Under the pieces are notes generated by a model. The model searched no databases, was not told the DNA's origin, and saw only the letters and a program-made list of their open reading frames with translations. 64,000 bases of DNA from an uncultured Acidobacteriaceae bacterium (GTDB lineage Bacteria > Acidobacteriota > Terriglobia > Terriglobales > Acidobacteriaceae), in the NCBI GenBank assembly GCA_963711275.1, contig CAVQDN010000022.1:1301-65300 (forward strand). The letters run 5' to 3'. Below, piece after piece: positions 58,452 to 64,000 of the stretch (positions within the stretch are counted from its first letter, which is position 1; each line of letters starts with the position of its first letter). The position numbers and the translations under genes were made by a program.

Positions 58452-59795
58452 TTAGAGCGAGCCACGCAATGTGCGGCGAAGGCTCAACGCCAGCACTCCC
58501 AACAGCGCGACTGGCAGGACCGCCGCCGTACGAAGGGGAAGGGCGAAGACCGCTTTAGAGTAAAACACGCGGCCCGCGACGAATGGTCGTAATGCAATCA
58601 GGCCAAATGCGGCGAGCCATGGCCACAGCAAAACGGCGGCCCCGATGGTCAGGAGCGCCCGGTAAGTTCGACTAGACGGGAGTTCCCTCCACCGATAGGC
58701 AACGAGAAAGATGCCGGGCAGGAGGATAACATGGTCCTGGAAGCCCTGGCTGGGAAGTAATGTAACCGCAGTGATGCACAGCACAGAACTCAAGGCCAAC
58801 CAGAATTCGATGGAACCAGTGCCCCAGCTTCGCTTTTTCCACGACAGCGCCAGAGTCAGTAGCAACCCAACGGCAGCCAGCGAGACCGTTCCGCCTAGGT
58901 GCGGGCCTAAGTAAAGTATCTCACCCGCCAAGGGAGGCTTCGCATAGCGAGGGTATCTGAGTAGAACGCCGAACCACGCTTGGACCCAATGCGGCCAAAC
59001 GAGCATCGCCGCACCGATCAGGATCAGACTCGCCGAAAACATTCCGATACAGAAACGGCCCCGCTCTCGCCAATCATGCCAACTCCAGATGAGCAGATAA
59101 GCCACGGCGAGGATGCTCATCTGCGGCTTGATTGTCGTGAGGGACATCGCTATCCCAGCCAGCAGGTGCCATCCACGTTGCAGAGCGAGAAGGGAGGCTG
59201 CCAGCAGGAAGCCGACCAACAGGCCCAATTGGTCGGCATACAAACCTTCAAGGACCGGATAGCTGCATAAGACGAGCAAAGCGATAGCAGCCAATGAAGA
59301 TGGCGCGGGACGCAAGGAAAGAGCTTGCATCCACAAAAAGACGCTCGCGATTGTCAGCCCAACCAGCAGGACGGCGACAACCAGGCGCACTGCCGTGAAG
59401 GGAAACTGTGCAGCAGGCCAAAATAACAGATCCGCGAAAGCAGGATAGACGAAGGTGCGATAGTCCGGGGGCGGATCGGAAGAGATCTCTGAATCCAGGG
59501 TTCGACCAAACAATCCTTGCTGAATTTTGCGGGTCATCTCAGGACTGTATGGATCACAGCGGGCCGGTATGCATTCGTGCGATGTCAGCCAGACTGGGTA
59601 AAAGTCGTGCCCGAAGGCATAGGAGCCAGCAAAGTTGTTGGCTGCCTGGGCCTGGACGAGGCGCGGCATAAAGAGCCCGAGATAGTAGTCCAGCATGGAT
59701 GCAGAGCCGAGTATGGCGAGACCTAAGACAATTGAACCCATGCGGAAACGACTGCGAGTCTGCAGATCACCAGTGATCGCGCCAGGAATCTTCAA
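58452..59795 (-). CDS. polytopic membrane protein, glycosyltransferase family 87 (DUF2029)-like
   Basis: 447 aa with more than 10 TM helices. The family assignment is by general resemblance only. Confidence 0.5.
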   Translation of the reverse strand: MKIPGAITGDLQTRSRFRMGSIVLGLAILGSASMLDYYLGLFMPRLVQAQAANNFAGSYAFGHDFYPVWLTSHECIPARCDPYSPEMTRKIQQGLFGRTLDSEISSDPPPDYRTFVYPAFADLLFWPAAQFPFTAVRLVVAVLLVGLTIASVFLWMQALSLRPAPSSLAAIALLVLCSYPVLEGLYADQLGLLVGFLLAASLLALQRGWHLLAGIAMSLTTIKPQMSILAVAYLLIWSWHDWRERGRFCIGMFSASLILIGAAMLVWPHWVQAWFGVLLRYPRYAKPPLAGEILYLGPHLGGTVSLAAVGLLLTLALSWKKRSWGTGSIEFWLALSSVLCITAVTLLPSQGFQDHVILLPGIFLVAYRWRELPSSRTYRALLTIGAAVLLWPWLAAFGLIALRPFVAGRVFYSKAVFALPLRTAAVLPVALLGVLALSLRRTLRGSL

Positions 59796-59940
59796 TAGAG
59801 CCTCCGGTGACGATGCTGGAATAACGGAGCCGAGGATTTACTCTGAGAGACAACTTCGACGGATCTCCCCGGTGCGATGACGCAAGCGGCAAACTGCATG
59901 AAGACTATCCCCGAAAAGCAAATGGTGTAAACGAAACTGG

Positions 59941-60542
59941 TCACTGCGCGGACTCGGCGTTTTTGAGGGCGTCGTCCAGCGGCTGCCCCGGCCGAGCGGC
60001 ACTCGGGGCGATGACGACGCGCCAGCCGTCATCGTAGTCGCGAAAGCCGACGCTGGAGAGATAATGCACGTCCGTTGAATAGAGCGCGGCGCCCACTTCG
60101 TTTATGGGCGCCCATTTCCAGAGGAAATCGACATCGGCGGCGCTGCCCTGCTTGCTGATGCCGGTCACGCCTAACAGTTCGCGCTTTGCAACCGGAATGA
60201 AGAGCAAGGCCTTGTCGGCTTCCTGGGGGGGACCAGGGCGCGGACTGTGTCTACCCCGGATGGCGTGAGCAGAACGTCCCAGCAGGGCGGCGGCAAGCCT
60301 GGAGAGCATGGGGCTTTGGTGGCGGAGATCCAGCCGTGTTGCTGGAAAACAATATATTCCGGCGACACGTAGTCTTTGTTGGCAACGGTTCCGGTCTGCA
60401 GGGTGAACTGCTGTGGAGTCTGAAACTGTGGGGTAGCGGCGATCAGGTCGGTCGCGAGACGGCGGGTCAGGAAGTCGCGCGGGGAGCAGGAGGCGAGTGC
60501 TAGGCTGAGCAGAGGCAGAGCGAAGATCAGGATTTTTCGCAT
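59941..60542 (-). pseudogene. lipoprotein, function unknown, frame broken at a poly-G/C tract
   Basis: MRKILIFALPLLSLALASC lipobox. The N-terminal frame ends ..VRALVPP and the C-terminal frame continues QEADKALLFIPVAKRELLGVTG.... The junction is the G7 run at 60225-60231. Confidence 0.5.
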
Positions 60543-60752
60543 CTTGCTTATTGCTGCTTGAAAGATTGACGGAACTGCTACCGGGCTGCGCCCGGCAGAC
60601 AGCCGTGGGCGGCTGTCCCCCACATAAAAGTGCGACGTCGAGTTCAACATCTTCCCGGTGTGTCCCCCCGGCGCCGGGTGCGGCCGAGATCCTTCCCTCC
60701 GCCTGAAAAGCGGCTCCGGTCAGGATGACGCCATCGAAACCGCACTACACCT

Positions 60753-61913
60753 TTAACGAGTTGTGATTGTAAATAAACGGGAGCGTTTGTGCGGGGAGAA
60801 AGGGTGGGAAGTAATCTGGCCTTCGAAATGGGCGGGCCAGCGGCCGGGGATTTGGGCGGAACAGCGGGGGCAGCGGCCTTCGGGCGTCATGCGGTAGTCC
60901 TGGATGAAATATCCGTAGCGGCTGATTAAAGTTTCGCTGCACTGCGGGCAGCGCGTATCTTCCCAGGGTCCGACCATGCCGGGAAGATTGCCGGCGTAGA
61001 TGTAACGCAGTCCCGCCTCTAGACCGATTTCGGCGGCGCGCAATAGATCTTCGGGGCTAGTGTCGCGCTGGCCATCTCCTTGCATTTTGTAGTCGGTGTG
61101 GAATGCGGTCACATGCCAGGGGATATCGGGCGAGATGTTAGCCAGGAATTCTGTGAGTTGGCGGAGTTCGTCATTGGAATCGTTGAAGCCGGGGATGAGC
61201 AGGGTGACAATTTCAAGCCACAATCCCATCTGGTGAATGCGGCGGATGCTGTCGAGGATGGGGCCCATGCGTCCGCCGAGTTCGTGGTAGTGGCGGTCGT
61301 CGAAACTTTTGAGATCGACTTTGTAGAGATCGAGCCAGGGGCGCAGGTATTCGAGGACCTGCGGAGTGCCGTTGCCGTTGGATACGAATCCCGTGAGCAG
61401 GCCGGCGGCTTTTGCCTCTTTGAAAACCGCGACGGCCCATTCGCTGGTGATCAGCGGTTCGTTATAAGTACTGACCAGAACTTTCGCGCCCTGGTCGAGG
61501 GCATCGCGGACAAGGGCTTGGGGAGTTGCCTCCACAGGCGGCGACACAGCATTGGGATCGCGCAGAGCCTGCGAGGTGACCCAGTTCTGACAATAGCCGC
61601 AGTGCAGGTCGCAGCCCAGCATGCCGAAACTGTAGGCTAGCGCGCCGGGATGGGCGTGGAAGAACGGCTTTTTCTCGATAGGATCGCATTGCATTCCCGC
61701 GGTGTATCCCCAGGGAACGTAGAGCTTGCCGCCGCGGTTGAAACGGACTTTGCAGACGCCAGGCTGGCCTTCGGGAATGGGGCAGCAGTGGCCGCAGGAG
61801 AAGCAGCGGACGCGGTTGTGGTCCAGTTTTTCGTAGAGAGAGGGGTCCGCTTCGCGGGTTCGTTCGTCCAGGACTTGGCGCAGGGTGGGCACGGAAAACC
61901 TCTTTGGAGACAT
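60753..61913 (-). CDS. amrS: AmmeMemoRadiSam-system radical SAM enzyme
   Basis: CFSCGHCCPIPEGQPGVCKVRFN.GGKLY, DPIEKKPFFH, and the CDLHCGYCQNW radical SAM CxxxCxxC. Confidence 0.8.
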   Translation of the reverse strand: MSPKRFSVPTLRQVLDERTREADPSLYEKLDHNRVRCFSCGHCCPIPEGQPGVCKVRFNRGGKLYVPWGYTAGMQCDPIEKKPFFHAHPGALAYSFGMLGCDLHCGYCQNWVTSQALRDPNAVSPPVEATPQALVRDALDQGAKVLVSTYNEPLITSEWAVAVFKEAKAAGLLTGFVSNGNGTPQVLEYLRPWLDLYKVDLKSFDDRHYHELGGRMGPILDSIRRIHQMGLWLEIVTLLIPGFNDSNDELRQLTEFLANISPDIPWHVTAFHTDYKMQGDGQRDTSPEDLLRAAEIGLEAGLRYIYAGNLPGMVGPWEDTRCPQCSETLISRYGYFIQDYRMTPEGRCPRCSAQIPGRWPAHFEGQITSHPFSPHKRSRLFTITTR

Positions 61914-61955
61914 TTTAGCGCGAAGCGACTTATTTTCCGATTTAGGAAGTCACAG

Positions 61956-62002
61956 TCCCCACCCTAACATCGCAAAGAACGCGATGTTAGGATGGGGCAC
62001 CC
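61956..62002. repeat. R3 palindromic repeat (opposite orientation)
   Basis: tccccaccctaacatcgcaaagaacgcgatgttaggatggggcaccc. Confidence 0.8.
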
Positions 62003-62012
62003 GCGGTCTCGG

Positions 62013-63722
62013 CTAGTTGGTGATTGCTGCTGTTTCTGTTCTCTTGCGGCCGGCGCCCGGTTTTTTGGGCGTGTGCTGTTGGAGCCAGAGATCGGCTCGC
62101 TGTTCGATGGCAGCGGCTTGTTCACGGGTCATGCCGGAGGCCAGGACGGCGGCGAGATCTTTGTTCTCCTGGTCGCCGCGAGCTCGCGCTACCACGGTCC
62201 AGAAATAGGCTTGATTCACGTCTTTGGAAACACCGCGTCCGCCCCAATAGAGGAATCCTAACTTGGCCTGGGCCGCGAGACTGCCATGTTCGGCGGCGCG
62301 GCTGAACCAGCGGAAGGCTTGTTTCTCGTCGCGAACGATTCCGTTTTTTTCGTCTCCCTGAAAATAACGAAGGCCCAAAGCATTCTCGGCGACGGGATCG
62401 CCATCCTGCGCCATCTGCCGCATCAGCTCGAACGATCTAGTCTCGAGTTCCGGAGACGTGGTAGAAGGCTCCGCCGGGTAGGACTTAGGGGGTGGAGACG
62501 AGGCCAGAACGGTCGGTATGGGAATTCGCCCACGCTGCTGAAGCTTGCTCTGAATCAAGGGGGCGAGGTTGTAGCCGAGAACCATCGCAATCGCCGCGGC
62601 GACACAAACCAGCAGGATGAGGTGAGACCGGGGCAAGCTGATGCCACCAGACATTTTCTCATCGGCGCTCTCGGCTTTGTGGTCTTGATCGGGCGCGGAA
62701 GCGAACAGCACGCTGCCCGGCGACGGGGAGAATCGGTTGACGGGGGTTGCATCGGCAAGAATCGCGAGATCTTCAGAACGAACAGCGCGATTGACTGCGG
62801 CCATCACGGTCTCGGCGAGACGCTGGAGCACCCTTCCGTCATTCTCAGAAAAGACATGCGCGTGGCTGGAGAAAACCTCGAGAATTCCAATCGATCTCTC
62901 GGCGACTCGGAGGGGAACGGCGACCATGGAGCGAATGCCCAAGGCACGGCAGCTCTCTCGATCCACCCGGGCGTCGAGCTCGGCGTCATCGCAGCGGAGC
63001 AACGTTCCAGTCTTTACGCATTCCCCGGAAAAACCGGATCCCACCTGCAAACGTGCACCGACCGGAGGCGCGTCCGGACCAGAACTGGCGCGACAAACCA
63101 GGAAATCCGGATCGGCGTCCGCCATGGCGATGGCAGCGCCCGAGGCATGAACCAGAGTTTGGGCGCGTTCCACAACTAGTTGCAGAGCCCCGGCAAGATC
63201 GGAACCGAGGGCCTCCACCTGACGTTGCACGGCGGTGACGGCCGCCAGGGTATCGCTGTAGTTAGGACGCGGAGGAATTTCTTCCTGAGCTCTGGCCGGG
63301 GCGGCAAGCTGAGTCTCGCCGTTGGCCACTCCGGCCATCACGTTGACGAAAAGCCATTCCCGCAAACGGGACAGGGCTTCCGAAGAGAGCTCGGAAAAAT
63401 GAAGACCGGCGCGTCCCGAAGCGTTCGACCAGATCACCTGGCCGGTGGTGTAAATATGCTCGGCGCAATCGGCCAGATCCAGGCACAGATTCACGGTCTT
63501 TTCGATTTCGAGAGGAGAATGGCACTGGATGGCGACGCCGTCTTCGCTGATGTCGACGATCTCATGCAGATCGAGCATCGCGCCCTGGGATTCGGCGGTG
63601 AAACTGATGTAGGCGGGCGTCTGGATTTTATGTCGCACACGCCGGCGCCGGTTGGGTGAAACGGGTCGCAGCGCCGAGTTCATGACCGCCATGGGGAAGG
63701 GCCCGAGTTCTGGTTGCTCCAT
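62013..63722 (-). CDS. PilZ-GAF-TM-Sel1 repeat protein
   Basis: N-terminal PilZ (RRRRVRH, DISEDG). GAF (..IRSMVAVPLRVAERSIGILEVFS). TM HLILLVCVAAAIAMVLGY. C-terminal Sel1 repeats (AENALGLRYFQG, AQAKLGFLYWGGRGV). Confidence 0.75.
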   Translation of the reverse strand: MEQPELGPFPMAVMNSALRPVSPNRRRRVRHKIQTPAYISFTAESQGAMLDLHEIVDISEDGVAIQCHSPLEIEKTVNLCLDLADCAEHIYTTGQVIWSNASGRAGLHFSELSSEALSRLREWLFVNVMAGVANGETQLAAPARAQEEIPPRPNYSDTLAAVTAVQRQVEALGSDLAGALQLVVERAQTLVHASGAAIAMADADPDFLVCRASSGPDAPPVGARLQVGSGFSGECVKTGTLLRCDDAELDARVDRESCRALGIRSMVAVPLRVAERSIGILEVFSSHAHVFSENDGRVLQRLAETVMAAVNRAVRSEDLAILADATPVNRFSPSPGSVLFASAPDQDHKAESADEKMSGGISLPRSHLILLVCVAAAIAMVLGYNLAPLIQSKLQQRGRIPIPTVLASSPPPKSYPAEPSTTSPELETRSFELMRQMAQDGDPVAENALGLRYFQGDEKNGIVRDEKQAFRWFSRAAEHGSLAAQAKLGFLYWGGRGVSKDVNQAYFWTVVARARGDQENKDLAAVLASGMTREQAAAIEQRADLWLQQHTPKKPGAGRKRTETAAITN

Positions 63723-63800
63723 ATATTAGCGCGGCTTAAGGGAAAAGTAAGCAAGGAAGAGAGAATAAGGTGGGCCAGTCTGACTGCCCCCGTGGGGAAA

Positions 63801-64000
63801 CTACTTCCGCGTCATCCGCAGCTCGATCATCATCCATTCCTCCCCTTTGTCATCGATCATGAAATGGCGATGAAGGAGAAGGCGGCCGTTTTCCTCAAGG
63901 TGTGCGCGCGCGACGGTCTTCCGCCCAGGATGCTCGGTATCGAGGGGCGTGGTCCACAGGACAATGTTCTGGCCGTCGAACGTGCCGTCGCTTTGGCGAA
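63801..64000 (-). CDS. hypothetical protein (3' part only; the 5' end is outside the window)
   Basis: Open frame to the window edge, ending ..DGTFDGQNIVLWTTPLDTEHPGRKTVARAHLEENGRLLLHRHFMIDDKGEEWMMIELRMTRK*. Confidence 0.4.
   Translation of the reverse strand, partial: RQSDGTFDGQNIVLWTTPLDTEHPGRKTVARAHLEENGRLLLHRHFMIDDKGEEWMMIELRMTRK

Overview
High-GC bacterial chromosomal DNA. The protein families and repeat content suggest an Acidobacteriota-like soil bacterium, but that is an inference I cannot verify here.

Backbone: mostly housekeeping genes, namely rph, guaA, leuS, nfo, DAHP synthase, murB, tig-clpP-clpX-lon, dcd and engB. Also present are four type II toxin-antitoxin loci, an ECF sigma/anti-sigma module, a PadR module, an S9 peptidase and a radical SAM enzyme.

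Accessory-looking stretches: about 40.7-48.7 kb and 52.2-56 kb. They carry tandem-repeat secreted proteins, two periplasmic thiol-redox genes, PilZ/GAF signalling proteins and small membrane-protein ORFs.

Not recognised: rRNA, tRNA, CRISPR array, transposase, integrase or phage genes.

Three things stand out:
1. A very dense repeat load. This includes a 28-bp palindrome family (11 copies; two are translated in frame inside genes and three supply stop codons), several other palindromic families, period-7 microsatellite arrays and hairpins, and a same-orientation 60-90 nt box family.
2. Many 1-nt frame disruptions in strongly conserved genes (leuS, FAH-family gene, nfo, aroF, lon, dcd and others). 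From one sequence I cannot separate assembly indels from real decay. One gene (DUF1059) is broken by two short tandem duplications, which looks like genuine mutation.
3. Candidate biology worth follow-up:
   - an in-frame TGA at the first Cys of the CxxC motif of a Tat-signal DsrE/YchN-like protein (possible selenoprotein);
   - a cytoplasmic GAF module apparently fused through one TM helix to a periplasmic AMIN-amidase, with a PilZ-GAF-TM-Sel1 paralogue and two more PilZ proteins nearby;
   - repeat-bracketed cassette-like genes.

All functional calls come from reading the translated ORFs and recalling family signatures. No database search was run.
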